A DNA stretch of 64,000 nucleotides from an uncultured bacterium (GTDB lineage: Bacteria; Patescibacteriota; Minisyncoccia; Phycocordibacterales; CAIZLB01). Location of the stretch: the NCBI GenBank assembly GCA_903936565.1, contig CAIZVZ010000006.1:29436-93435 (forward strand), given 5' to 3'. How positions within the stretch are numbered: the first letter of the stretch is position 1; each line of letters opens with the position of its first letter. The notes under the pieces were generated by a model. It was not told where the DNA came from, made no database searches, and saw nothing but the letters and a program-made list of their open reading frames with translations. The position numbers and the translations under genes were made by a program. Of the stretch, positions 11,070 to 21,208 are shown in pieces.

Positions 11070-12104
11070 TTAAGAAGTAAAGATTGCAAGGAAATCCATT
11101 ACCGATATATTTAGAAAAAATACGATCAAAAGCCCCAGAATCAGAAATGGTGCAAAAGGTATTTCGCTTTTAAATCTTATTGTAGACAATCCTTCAACAT
11201 TTTTTTCCAAACTCTCGAGCGCCCTATTTACACATTTTCCATCTGCACAATCCATAAGTCTGCGCCTTCTTTTATTTATCTTCCTAGAAATAAACTTCAT
11301 AACAGCGACTCCAACCATTACAATCAGTGATATTACTGCTCCAATCCAAAAGGCAAAAACAATCGCAGAGAAACCATATTTAATTCCCAAGAGCCATCCA
11401 ATTCCAAGAGCGAGCTTTCCATCGCCAAGCCCCATCCATCTGCCACCAGAAACAAGCCAAATAAAATAGAACGGAAAAGCCACAAAAATTCCCGAAAGTA
11501 ATATCAAAATTGCCTCGCTGCCAAATATTCCTCCAGCTGCAAACGGTAAGCCAAAACAAATAGGTGAATTTTGACAATTAAAGTTTAAGAATATTTGTAA
11601 AAAAGCAATAACAGCAAAAGAATATGAAAATTCATCTGGTATTATTTTATGCTTCAAGTCATAAACTGTTATCAAAACGAGTAGTGACATTATCACCAGC
11701 GACACCACTGTAGAAATCGCAAAAATCAAAGGCGATGCCTCTAGGATTGATGCGTTTTTTAGGTAAACAAATAGAAATAGTACTGCTGTAAAAATCTCCA
11801 CCAATACATATTGTGAAGATATCTTACTCTTACACGTTCGACATCTTCCACCAAGCATAAGCCAACTCGCTATTGGGAAAAGATCAGCGACAGAGAGCAC
11901 TCTTTTACATGATGAGCATTTTGATCTTCCCCCTAACCCCTTCCCTGTATTAAACCTGTATAAAACAACATTCAGAAAGCTTCCAATAATAGCGCCGAAA
12001 ACAAAGAAGGCGATAGATAAGTAAATTGTCATGGGTATATAATACATTATTTTCCGCGTAGTGGCGATTTTTATGCAGAATAAGACACTTATCATAGAAA
12101 ACAA
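11070..12104 (-). CDS. pilD: Prepilin peptidase (A24 family), PilD-like; start codon uncertain (alternatives near 12047 or 12032)
   Basis: FGAIIGSFLNVVLYRF...CSSCKRVL...GGRCRTCKSKIS zinc-binding Cys pairs, followed by a multi-TM peptidase domain. Confidence 0.75.
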   Translation of the reverse strand: MFSMISVLFCIKIATTRKIMYYIPMTIYLSIAFFVFGAIIGSFLNVVLYRFNTGKGLGGRSKCSSCKRVLSVADLFPIASWLMLGGRCRTCKSKISSQYVLVEIFTAVLFLFVYLKNASILEASPLIFAISTVVSLVIMSLLVLITVYDLKHKIIPDEFSYSFAVIAFLQIFLNFNCQNSPICFGLPFAAGGIFGSEAILILLSGIFVAFPFYFIWLVSGGRWMGLGDGKLALGIGWLLGIKYGFSAIVFAFWIGAVISLIVMVGVAVMKFISRKINKRRRRLMDCADGKCVNRALESLEKNVEGLSTIRFKSEIPFAPFLILGLLIVFFLNISVMDFLAIFTS

Positions 12105-12173
12105 CCTCTGTATTATTAATACAGAGATTGTTTTCTATTTAGCTACTACGCTATATTATAGATTTGAAGTAAA

Positions 12174-12650
12174 CTACTTACAAGTTATAGTAGTAGCATC
12201 ACCCTTAAATCCTTCTGCGATAGGTAATTCTGTCGTATTTCCTGTACTGTCAACACACCAGTTCTTTGTCACATCTGAAGTTGAAGCCATGAAAGCCCAA
12301 GAACTATTAGATGAGGCACATCTTGTCTTGTTACCAGTCATTGAATTAACACCAGCAACCATGTCCTTTAAAGTACCAGTTGATGTTGTAGCAAAGATAC
12401 CAGCAGCAGCAGTACCTGTACAACCAGTTGTCGAACCTACAGCTGTTCCATAAGTATTCATACCTTGTCCTCCGTACAAGATCTCAGCCTGAGCTCTCAT
12501 GTTTGCTAGACTTGTTTTTATAGCTGCATCATTTCCCTTTTGTCTAGCTGTTGTTAGTGAGGCCAAAACAACCGATGAAAGAATACCGATGATAGCGATA
12601 ACTACCAAAAGCTCAATCAATGTAAAACCTTTATTTGAATTCTTTTTCAT
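12174..12650 (-). CDS. pilA: Type IV major pilin (PilA-like), paralog 1
   Basis: MKKNSNKGFTLIELLVVIAIIGILSSVVLASL; class III signal with Gly-Phe cleavage site and Glu+5. Confidence 0.8.
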   Translation of the reverse strand: MKKNSNKGFTLIELLVVIAIIGILSSVVLASLTTARQKGNDAAIKTSLANMRAQAEILYGGQGMNTYGTAVGSTTGCTGTAAAGIFATTSTGTLKDMVAGVNSMTGNKTRCASSNSSWAFMASTSDVTKNWCVDSTGNTTELPIAEGFKGDATTITCK

Positions 12651-12747
12651 AAACTTTTTTTATTTTTAAATTTAATTGTTATAACAATGAAACTAATTAT
12701 CTAATATTTTCGATTTCATAATCTACTCATTGACTTTTATTTCAAAA

Positions 12748-12777
12748 GTACGTGATTGTCTTTACAACATCACGTAC
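12748..12777 (-). terminator. Perfect 9-bp inverted repeat (gtacgtgat / atcacgtac, 12-nt spacer) between the two pilin genes. It may act as a terminator or attenuator, or as an operator
   Basis: Seen directly; followed on the minus strand by uuuugaaau. Confidence 0.4.
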
Positions 12778-12841
12778 TTCAATTATATAACTTTATATTA
12801 TAATATACCACATAGACATGTGGATATCTTTAATGACAAAA

Positions 12842-13315
12842 CTACATGCAAGTTATATTTGGTGTAAATATACCTGATGTAGTTGCAACAGAGTTTCCCA
12901 TACTATCAACACACCAATTTGGCTTAGCTGTGTCAGTTGTGGAAGACAAAACGGCCCAAGCTGAATTGGATGAAGCACATGCAACATGATCTGCATTTAT
13001 TTTCTTCAGACCAACAATCATGTTTTTAAGGCTTCCTAATGTTGTCGTGCCAAATATATTATCACCAGTTGTATTACAGGGTTTTGAAGGTACAGGCCCT
13101 GTTCCTAGGGATGGTCCATAACTATTACTATGAGCTCCGAAATATATTTCAGATTGTGCCCTCATATTTGCTAGGCTTTTTTTAATTGCAGCATCAGTTC
13201 CTCTGGTTTTTGAGGTATTTAATGCAGCCAAAACGACAGCTGACAAAACACCAATAATTGCTATTACTACCAAGAGCTCGATTAGTGTAAAACCTTTGTT
13301 AAGTGAATTTTTCAT
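12842..13315 (-). CDS. pilA: Type IV major pilin (PilA-like), paralog 2
   Basis: MKNSLNKGFTLIELLVVIAIIGVLSAVVLAAL; the N-terminal 60 aa are nearly identical to paralog 1 and the C-terminus is divergent. Confidence 0.8.
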   Translation of the reverse strand: MKNSLNKGFTLIELLVVIAIIGVLSAVVLAALNTSKTRGTDAAIKKSLANMRAQSEIYFGAHSNSYGPSLGTGPVPSKPCNTTGDNIFGTTTLGSLKNMIVGLKKINADHVACASSNSAWAVLSSTTDTAKPNWCVDSMGNSVATTSGIFTPNITCM

Positions 13316-13465
13316 ATTTTATATTTTATCTATGTGTATCTATTTTGTTATTTGACTTAAAAACTATTTAACTAAAGAAATGTCTTAAGTTCTCAAATTG
13401 GTACTATCTCATTATACAACTTACAGCCCATTATACAAGTATATAATATGTGTATAACCCAAACA

Positions 13466-14677
13466 CTACATAGACGATGATACATTATAAATAGGAATCA
13501 AGACGGACGCCAACAAGAATCCAACTCCCAATCCAAGTGCCACAATCATAATCGGTTCAATTAAATCAACTAAAGTATCAACAGCCTGAATAACCTCTCT
13601 CTGATAGAACTTAGCCAAAGTCTTAAGAATACCACCCAAGTCCCCTGTTTCCTCTCCCACCTTAACCATCTGTACCATAATTCCTGGAATTTCCTTTTGA
13701 TAGGGCATCATAGAATCAGACAATGACTTACCACCACGGACGGACTCAAGGGCGTCAACTAACAAATCTTCATAAACTTTGTTATCCACAACCTTACTCG
13801 TTAACTCCAACGCCTTCACCATCGGCACACCTGAAATAAGCTGCGTGTTCATGTTATCTGCGATTCTTGACAGGTAAAGCTTTTTATAAAGTGCATTCAC
13901 ATAGGGGACCTGCAGTTTAAGCCTTGCAAAAGCATCTTTTCCAGCGGCGGTTCTAGCATATGCAATGAGCATAAAAATACCAACAACCACAACAATACCG
14001 AAGAAAACACCATATCGAACCATGAATTGACTTAGACCAATAACAACTTGAGTATAGACCGGAACAACCTGACCAGAATCAAGAATAATTGAACTAATCT
14101 TTGGAATAACAACAGTAAGCATCAAAATCATAACAGCAAAAAAAGTAAAGATAACGAATGCTGGATAGATCAAAGCGTTCTTAACCTTTGATGAAACTTC
14201 ATAGCTTCTGTCCAGATAATCTGCTAAATATTCAAATGTCTCATCCAACTTTCCAGACTCCTCTCCCGCTTTAATCATGTTAGTATAGAAAGAAGAGAAA
14301 ACTTTTGGGTGCTTTGATAGAGCACCAGAAATCGATGTACCAGACTGAATATCTTCCGCAATTTCACCAAGTTTGGCACGAAGACTCTTGTTCTCCATCT
14401 CTCCGGCAAGCAGTCTAAAAATCCTAAGTGCTGAGACTTGAGCTGTGAAGAGTGTAGCTAACTGTCTTGATAGAATAACAATATCCTTATTTGAAATACC
14501 TGTACCAAAAATCTTTAGATCACGTCCCAAGAGCCCCTTTTCATCCGCGGGCTTAATGGAAGAAATCGTCAGGTTCCTTCTTTGCAGAGAGTTTATGGCA
14601 ATATCAATATTTATCGCCTCAATTGTTCCCTCAGCTTCTCCTCCAGTTTCATTTATTGATTTATATTTAAATAACAT
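13466..14677 (-). CDS. pilC: Type IV pilus assembly platform protein PilC (GspF family)
   Basis: 403 aa with two GspF-type repeats and three TM segments. Confidence 0.8.
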   Translation of the reverse strand: MLFKYKSINETGGEAEGTIEAINIDIAINSLQRRNLTISSIKPADEKGLLGRDLKIFGTGISNKDIVILSRQLATLFTAQVSALRIFRLLAGEMENKSLRAKLGEIAEDIQSGTSISGALSKHPKVFSSFYTNMIKAGEESGKLDETFEYLADYLDRSYEVSSKVKNALIYPAFVIFTFFAVMILMLTVVIPKISSIILDSGQVVPVYTQVVIGLSQFMVRYGVFFGIVVVVGIFMLIAYARTAAGKDAFARLKLQVPYVNALYKKLYLSRIADNMNTQLISGVPMVKALELTSKVVDNKVYEDLLVDALESVRGGKSLSDSMMPYQKEIPGIMVQMVKVGEETGDLGGILKTLAKFYQREVIQAVDTLVDLIEPIMIVALGLGVGFLLASVLIPIYNVSSSM

Positions 14678-14702
14678 TGTTTTCTATATTATATTGACAT
14701 AA

Positions 14703-15764
14703 TTATATCATTCTCTCCAAGTTCTTTGGATTCAAAGAATGTTGATAGGCACTCTCAATTGTAATCTCCCCTCTTCTGACTAATTCAGCAAGAGATCTGT
14801 TCATATCAATCATACCATCACCCATCCCCGTTTCAATAACCGTATTTATTTCATGTGATCTTTTCTCGCGAATTAGGTTTGCTGTTGCGTTATTTGAGAT
14901 CATTAACTCATAAGATGGCACCATACCTCCAGAGATTCGAGGAATCAATCTCTGTGAAAAAATACCAGTCAAAGACGATGCTAACTGCCCTCTGATTTGA
15001 TCTTGTTGATTTGGTGGGAATGAGTCGATGATTCTGTCTATAGTTTGAGCAGCATTATTAGTGTGAAGAGTAGAAAGAACCAAGTGACCAGTTTCTGCTG
15101 CTGTTACAGCGGCGGAGATTGTCTCAGGACTTCTCATCTCCCCCAACAGGATGACATTTACATCTTGTCTGAGAACTGAAGTAAGTGCGGCCTCAAACGT
15201 GTTAGTGTCGACATGAATCTCTCTTTGATCGATGATAGACTTCTTTTGTGTATACAAATATTCGATTGGGTCTTCAATCGTAATAATATGTTCAGCTCTC
15301 TCTTGATTAATTAGTTCAACCATTGAAGATAGCGTCGTTGACTTACCTTGACCAACTGGACCAACAACCAAAAAGAATCCCTGTTTCATTCTTGTAAAAC
15401 TCTCAAGAACCTCAGGTAGTCCAAGTTCCTTGAGAGATTTAATTTTATTTTGAATGAGTCTAAGAGCAATACTGTAACAACCTCTTTGAATATACGCATT
15501 TCCTCTAAATCTTGATTCAGGGTTAAATTGATATGAAAAATCAAGCTCCTTAGTATCAGCAAAACGCTTACGAGAAGCGTCATCAATCATCAAATTAAGA
15601 AGTGAATTGATATCTTCGTGAGTTAATATTGCCTTTCTTACAAGTGGAATTAACAATCCATTTACTCTTATTGTTGGATACCTTCCTTCTGACAAGTGGA
15701 GATCAGACCCACCCTCAAGGGTGACTGTTGCTAAAAGATCTTTTAATTCTTGTTCGTAATTCAT
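14703..15764 (-). CDS. pilT: Twitching-motility retraction ATPase PilT
   Basis: Walker A GPVGQGKSTT, Asp box, ILLGEMR; 353 aa. Confidence 0.8.
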   Translation of the reverse strand: MNYEQELKDLLATVTLEGGSDLHLSEGRYPTIRVNGLLIPLVRKAILTHEDINSLLNLMIDDASRKRFADTKELDFSYQFNPESRFRGNAYIQRGCYSIALRLIQNKIKSLKELGLPEVLESFTRMKQGFFLVVGPVGQGKSTTLSSMVELINQERAEHIITIEDPIEYLYTQKKSIIDQREIHVDTNTFEAALTSVLRQDVNVILLGEMRSPETISAAVTAAETGHLVLSTLHTNNAAQTIDRIIDSFPPNQQDQIRGQLASSLTGIFSQRLIPRISGGMVPSYELMISNNATANLIREKRSHEINTVIETGMGDGMIDMNRSLAELVRRGEITIESAYQHSLNPKNLERMI

Positions 15765-15790
15765 GTTGATTTGATTAAATAATATTAAAC

Positions 15791-16204
15791 TTAAGCCATA
15801 CTCTCTCTCCTTGACTTTGTTCTCTCCAGTAGAGCCAATACTTCAGTTACAATCTCTGAAGGGATAGAAGTTGCTTTAACAATGTAACCATCTACATTAT
15901 ACTGCTTTGCTTTTTCAATATCAGATGGTTGTCCTTGATTACTTAAAACCATAATCGCTGCGCGCTTCGCTAATCCTCCTGCCCTGATTGCAGCAAGCGC
16001 CTCGATTCCATCCATTACAGGCATTACAACATCCATCAAAATAATATCTGGTTCATACCCCTCTTTTAGTTTATTGATTGCCGCCTGCCCATCCCCTGCG
16101 AGAGTCACATCAAACTTACTATTTGTAAATTTTATTGAATACATATTCAATAGAAATTTATCATCATCAACTATCATTACTTTGTATGGTTTATCTCCGT
16201 TCAT
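15791..16204 (-). CDS. Single-domain CheY-like response regulator (receiver only)
   Basis: MIVDDDKFLL...DIILMDVVMPVMDGIEALAAIR with conserved Asp pocket; embedded between pilB and pilT. Confidence 0.7.
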   Translation of the reverse strand: MNGDKPYKVMIVDDDKFLLNMYSIKFTNSKFDVTLAGDGQAAINKLKEGYEPDIILMDVVMPVMDGIEALAAIRAGGLAKRAAIMVLSNQGQPSDIEKAKQYNVDGYIVKATSIPSEIVTEVLALLERTKSRRESMA

Positions 16205-16342
16205 ATTTTTATTATATCATAAAAAAATTACAATCAAGTGGAAAACAGAATGGTGACATAAAGAGATGGTAAAAACTATAGAATAAGACTTGAAAGGCAA
16301 TCAATTGCAAGGCAACAGAACAACGATTATTTTACAATGCAA

Positions 16343-18070
16343 CTAGACTTTGCCAATTTCCTCAATTGGAATCACCTTATTTAACGCCTTAATCACAGCA
16401 TCTTCCTTCATTAATATCATTCCCTGTGTTCTCGCATAACTTGTAATAGCAAGCTCCGTTGGCTCTTTTAGAATTATTTCCTCCATTTTCTTATCAACTT
16501 CAAACATCTCAGTCACAGCAATACGTCCTTTTGTACCCCTTGGGCAATCTGGAGTTGGGTTTATTTTATATACTTCTTTAGCATCTGGAATAACGCTTCT
16601 ATAGTCATTAGGAATTTCCTCCAAATATTTATCCAACATTATCTTTGTAGAGCCCTCAATAGGAACACTGGCAACAGCCGAAGTTTGAGCCTTTCCAACA
16701 AGTCTCTGCGCCATTCCAAGAATTAAAGTCGGTGCAATAAGATAAGGGTCAATACCCATATCCACCAAACGAGGAATAATACCTACAGCTGAGTTGGTGT
16801 GAATCGTTGAAAGCACCAAGTGACCAGTAAGAGCAGCTTGAATAGCCAATTCCGCCGTTTCCTTATCACGTATCTCACCAACCATTATAATGTCAGGGTC
16901 TTGACGAAGTGTTGTGCGCAATCCGTTCGCAAATGTATAACCAATTTCAGGTCTTACCTGTGATTGACTCATTCCTTCAATGTTATATTCAACCGGGTCC
17001 TCCAGCGACAGCACGTTGTTTTCCTCCAAGTCCAACTCCTTAATCATTGAGTACAATGTAGTAGTCTTTCCAGAACCAGTTGGTCCAGAAATTAATATCA
17101 AGCCATATGACTTATTCAGCGCTTCTTTAATTAGTTTCAAATTTCTTTCTGGAAATCCCAATTCACTAAGTTTTTGGACACTCTTTTGTTGGTCCAAAAT
17201 ACGCATTTCAATCTTCTCACCGTAATATGTTGGAAAAGTAGAGACACGAAAGTCAATTTTTCTTCCGTCAATTCTAGCTGAAAATCTATTATCTTGTGGC
17301 TTACGCTTTTCATCCAGCTTAATATTTGAAAGAATTTTAATACGTGCAATAAGTGCATCATGAACTTTTGCAGGCAAAACAATACTTGTATATAAAACAC
17401 CATCCACACGGAATCTAACACGCACCTTTTCCTTCATTGGTTCAATGTGCACGTCAGACACTCCACCTTCAATCGCATACCTTAGAATTGTCGCGACGAT
17501 TTTCGTAACAGGAGCATCTTCAATTATATTCGGCGCACCACCAACAGCGGGCGCAACACCCAAGTCTCCCCTATCCTTCATCATCTCCACTTCCTCCGCA
17601 GAGAACTCAGTCTCCAGGTCATCGAGCGCCTTACTAACTTCGCCAGATAGACCATTATATGCATTTAATGCCTGCATGAAATCGTCTTCCGATATAAGGA
17701 AAATTTTAAAAGGTAGATTAGTCTTATTTGAAATGAAGTTAAGCGCATCTCTAGCTTCAATGTTTTCTGGATCTACAATTCCAACCTCAAGCACACCTCC
17801 ATCAATAGCTAATGGAATAATTTTATAGTGAGTAGCGGATTCCTCTGGAATATATTTTAAAACATCAAAGCTAATTTTTTGAGGATCTATCTCCTTGGTT
17901 GGTATATTTAAAAAGTCACTTTTAGCTTTTAGAATTACAGTAGCACTAATTTGTTTAGAACGTAAAACATCCTCAACAGATTGATTAGAAGTCTTGGCTT
18001 CTTCCAATATGTAAGGTACATCGTCCTTTGATATTACATTTTGCTTTACTAATATGTCTAAAAAACTCAT
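16343..18070 (-). CDS. pilB: Type IV pilus assembly ATPase PilB (GspE family)
   Basis: Walker A GPTGSGKTTT, GspE N-terminal domain; 575 aa. Confidence 0.85.
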   Translation of the reverse strand: MSFLDILVKQNVISKDDVPYILEEAKTSNQSVEDVLRSKQISATVILKAKSDFLNIPTKEIDPQKISFDVLKYIPEESATHYKIIPLAIDGGVLEVGIVDPENIEARDALNFISNKTNLPFKIFLISEDDFMQALNAYNGLSGEVSKALDDLETEFSAEEVEMMKDRGDLGVAPAVGGAPNIIEDAPVTKIVATILRYAIEGGVSDVHIEPMKEKVRVRFRVDGVLYTSIVLPAKVHDALIARIKILSNIKLDEKRKPQDNRFSARIDGRKIDFRVSTFPTYYGEKIEMRILDQQKSVQKLSELGFPERNLKLIKEALNKSYGLILISGPTGSGKTTTLYSMIKELDLEENNVLSLEDPVEYNIEGMSQSQVRPEIGYTFANGLRTTLRQDPDIIMVGEIRDKETAELAIQAALTGHLVLSTIHTNSAVGIIPRLVDMGIDPYLIAPTLILGMAQRLVGKAQTSAVASVPIEGSTKIMLDKYLEEIPNDYRSVIPDAKEVYKINPTPDCPRGTKGRIAVTEMFEVDKKMEEIILKEPTELAITSYARTQGMILMKEDAVIKALNKVIPIEEIGKV

Positions 18071-18090
18071 TTTTTATTATTTAAGATTAA

Positions 18091-18705
18091 CTATCGAGCT
18101 TTAGTGGTTGTTGCTTTCGTTGTTTTTGAACCTGAAGGGCTTGAAGTTGCTGTACCCGCACTGCTTGAAGTCGCAACAGCCGGTGCTACATCTTCAGGTG
18201 AGGTAGTGGAGTCACCGAATGTTGCTGGACTGATTGTTGATTTGGAGTTTTTACTAACATTAGAATCAGACCCTTCAGTTACAGGAACGCCATTTGTAGA
18301 TTGAATAACTGTACCGTTTACGTCCTGATAATTAATAGGTTCAGGTCCAACATCCTTTCCAACAGGAGCAAAGGGGTTTGGACGACCAATTAATTGAGGG
18401 TCAATTCCCTTGTGATTATCAACCAGTCCCAAGAAAACTGGGTCCTTAAATATAGCTGTCTTAATTTCAATTCCCCTTATAATCAATAGTTGATCAACGA
18501 ATGTTTTTGCCAAATCGTTGTCTGGTATACTTGCTCCAGAGCTAGGTATGGACACAATATTTCCAGACCCGTCGACTACTGTTTTTTGAAGTGCTGAAGA
18601 CGAAGATGTATCCCCAGATGTGTAAATTGTATAACCAATAAAAGCGGCGACTAGTACAAGTACTATTATGATTAGATATTTGAATTTTTTAAGTGTTTCA
18701 AGCAT
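18091..18705 (-). CDS. Membrane-anchored Ser/Thr-rich protein of the pilus locus (PilP-like position; function unassigned)
   Basis: N-terminal TM helix and a low-complexity S/T-rich C-terminus; sits between pilO and pilB. Confidence 0.3.
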   Translation of the reverse strand: MLETLKKFKYLIIIVLVLVAAFIGYTIYTSGDTSSSSALQKTVVDGSGNIVSIPSSGASIPDNDLAKTFVDQLLIIRGIEIKTAIFKDPVFLGLVDNHKGIDPQLIGRPNPFAPVGKDVGPEPINYQDVNGTVIQSTNGVPVTEGSDSNVSKNSKSTISPATFGDSTTSPEDVAPAVATSSSAGTATSSPSGSKTTKATTTKAR

Positions 18706-18709
18706 ATTT

Positions 18710-19258
18710 TTATTTTAGCCAATAAGTTTGCAAAGTCACATTAAAATCGTACTTATCCCCATCAGCAGCGCCGAATGAAATATCTGAGACATCGACCAAT
18801 CTCAAGTTATCTTCAAGACTCTGCAGGAAAACAATAAACTGATCGTAGGTTGTAGTTACACTAAAAGAGAGAGCTATTGAACCATATTTTTTACCATCAG
18901 CGCTAACCGCAGCTCCTCCCCCAGTAGTTTTACCAGCTGAGCCAGCAACCCTCGCCCCCTTGATGTCTTGCGAGAGAACAATGTTTGCAATATGTTGAAT
19001 ATCAATAATGAGCCTTACATTCTCTACTCCGTCTGGAAGGAATTTAAATAAGTTCTTCAGCTGTACATCACTAATTTGATTTCTGGTAGTTGTGAGTTGC
19101 TCTCTTTTAGCACGTAACTCCATCGCCTTACCATTTGCATCATCCAATCTTTTAAATTCAGCCTGCTTCTGTTGAATCAAGGTGTAAGTTGGATTAATAT
19201 AAAACACAAAGGCAGCGATCGTTGCGGCTATAAAAAATATTTGTGCAAGAATTTTCAT
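18710..19258 (-). CDS. pilO: PilO-like pilus assembly protein
   Basis: N-terminal TM, coiled-coil, position after pilN; 182 aa. Confidence 0.5.
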   Translation of the reverse strand: MKILAQIFFIAATIAAFVFYINPTYTLIQQKQAEFKRLDDANGKAMELRAKREQLTTTRNQISDVQLKNLFKFLPDGVENVRLIIDIQHIANIVLSQDIKGARVAGSAGKTTGGGAAVSADGKKYGSIALSFSVTTTYDQFIVFLQSLEDNLRLVDVSDISFGAADGDKYDFNVTLQTYWLK

Positions 19259-19262
19259 ATTA

Positions 19263-19934
19263 TTAATTATTTGTGCTTGGTGTTACTTTCTTTGTAGTAT
19301 CGACCGCAGAACCTCCAGCTGTATTTGTTGTCTTATTATTTGGATCTGATTTTAACTTATAGTAATTAAGCAACGTCGGATCTATTCCTGTGGAAACAGT
19401 AAAAGACGCCTTACCGTTCTCATTTAAATCTGGATCACTGAAAATGGTGTTTCTGAAAACATTTCTAAGCTTTGGATTCATAAACGCACTTGACTGGAGA
19501 ACAACAGCTTCGTAGCTTGAAGCTTCACCCGTTAAATTTATGGAAATCTTGTCTCCACCAGCATTACTATATTTAAAACTTGAAAATCTAACATTTCTAA
19601 GAGTCACGTCCCCTATTATCTTAAACAATGACGATGGTGCGACGTGCTGCTGTAACAAAGTATTAGCTGAATTAATTCTGTTATTCAATAAGGTAAATTC
19701 CTTGATAGTGTTTTGGTCAAAAGAATTTCGGAGTGTAATCAAATTAGAATTTACACTTATAATCTTCTGATCCAATTGCTTATTCCAAAGATATACACCC
19801 CCGCAAGCAACACCTCCAGCAATAAATATCAAAAAAGAAATCAAGAAGAAAATATTTGAACCGAGAGAATGAGATCTGACAGGTTCATTGACAGGTTGTT
19901 TTGGTATAAATGATGATTGGAACTTTGTATCCAT
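19263..19934 (-). CDS. pilN: PilN-like pilus assembly protein
   Basis: Single TM (IFFLISFLIFIAGGVACGGVYLW), position after pilM; 223 aa. Confidence 0.5.
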   Translation of the reverse strand: MDTKFQSSFIPKQPVNEPVRSHSLGSNIFFLISFLIFIAGGVACGGVYLWNKQLDQKIISVNSNLITLRNSFDQNTIKEFTLLNNRINSANTLLQQHVAPSSLFKIIGDVTLRNVRFSSFKYSNAGGDKISINLTGEASSYEAVVLQSSAFMNPKLRNVFRNTIFSDPDLNENGKASFTVSTGIDPTLLNYYKLKSDPNNKTTNTAGGSAVDTTKKVTPSTNN

Positions 19935-20015
19935 AGGTTATTTAAATATAGTATATCATTAATTAAAATTAAATTGCACTCTTTTTTAAGAGTTTTCCAC
20001 ACCTGTCAAAATTCA

Positions 20016-21137
20016 TTATGACATCTCCTGCAATTTTCTAAGTGCAATACCAACAGCAACAGCAAACTCAAGTCCAGCTGTCTGCAAAACACCCTCCAAA
20101 AATGCAGGCGTCTCGATTTTACTGAATGGATCTCCAATTTCAACTGTTGTTTGGAAGTTAGCTCGGGCCAACTCCACCACCCCCTTCATCGCCACACCTC
20201 CACCTGTTAGAATAACTTTTGAAATTGTCTTGTTAAATCTCTTTTGATAATTCAACAGAACACTGTTGGCCTCAGAAAAAATATAATCCATGGTAATTGA
20301 GATTATTTCGTATATTTTACGCTCATCCGCCTCAGGAAGAGTGCCAAGAGAGCGTTTCATATGTTCCGCCCTATCAAAACTAACAGTCATTCCCTTAGAG
20401 ATACTATTTGTTACCTCCTGAGAACCCCTGTTAATAATGTGTGAGGATTTAATGACACCTCGTTCTAGCATGTAAATTTTTGTTGTTGCTGCACCCATGT
20501 CAAAAATCATCACAGGATCAATTTCCCCGGAAATTAACGCCCTAGTACTACTAAACATTTCAATCTCGAAAAAGCCCGTGTCGAGACCGGCCTCCTTAAC
20601 GATGGTACTGTATGTATTTAGAACCTCGTTGTGAATTGAGACAACCAAAACTTGGACCTTGTGCTCTGGTGACATTTTTTGACCATCTTCATCTTCTGAA
20701 TCCACAAAATCCAAATCCCCATGATCATTTGGAATTATCCACCAGTCCATGGTTACCTCACTTATTGGAACTGGAATGTACTTACGTGCCTCAATGGGAA
20801 TCATCTCCTTTAGTTCCGCGTCACTAGCCTTTGGTAACTCAACAAGCGAAACAAGACTGGATTTAAAAGGAATAGAAACACCAGACACAACACTTGTGAC
20901 GTTAGACTCTTTAATTATGTCTTTTATAGCTTCTGAAATCTTCTCAGCAGGCAATGTGACCACTTGACCTACATCAACTCCTCCATATGGACCAAGGGCA
21001 ATTTCACCGTAAGTTTCAAGTACAGCCTTGCCACGATGCTTTTTTATTTGTACAACCTTAATTGAAGAAGACCCAATATCAACACCAATTACACTCTGAT
21101 TGTTTTCTTTAAAAATTCTTTGGAGAAAATTTGACAT
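20016..21137 (-). CDS. pilM: Type IV pilus assembly protein PilM (actin-like ATPase)
   Basis: IGVDIGSSSIKVVQIKK...GGGVAMKG actin-fold motifs; 373 aa. Confidence 0.75.
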   Translation of the reverse strand: MSNFLQRIFKENNQSVIGVDIGSSSIKVVQIKKHRGKAVLETYGEIALGPYGGVDVGQVVTLPAEKISEAIKDIIKESNVTSVVSGVSIPFKSSLVSLVELPKASDAELKEMIPIEARKYIPVPISEVTMDWWIIPNDHGDLDFVDSEDEDGQKMSPEHKVQVLVVSIHNEVLNTYSTIVKEAGLDTGFFEIEMFSSTRALISGEIDPVMIFDMGAATTKIYMLERGVIKSSHIINRGSQEVTNSISKGMTVSFDRAEHMKRSLGTLPEADERKIYEIISITMDYIFSEANSVLLNYQKRFNKTISKVILTGGGVAMKGVVELARANFQTTVEIGDPFSKIETPAFLEGVLQTAGLEFAVAVGIALRKLQEMS

Positions 21138-21208
21138 GGGTGTGTTATATAAAGATGTTGTACGACTACAACACTATTATTAACAGTATACACCATAAAA
21201 AACAAAAT

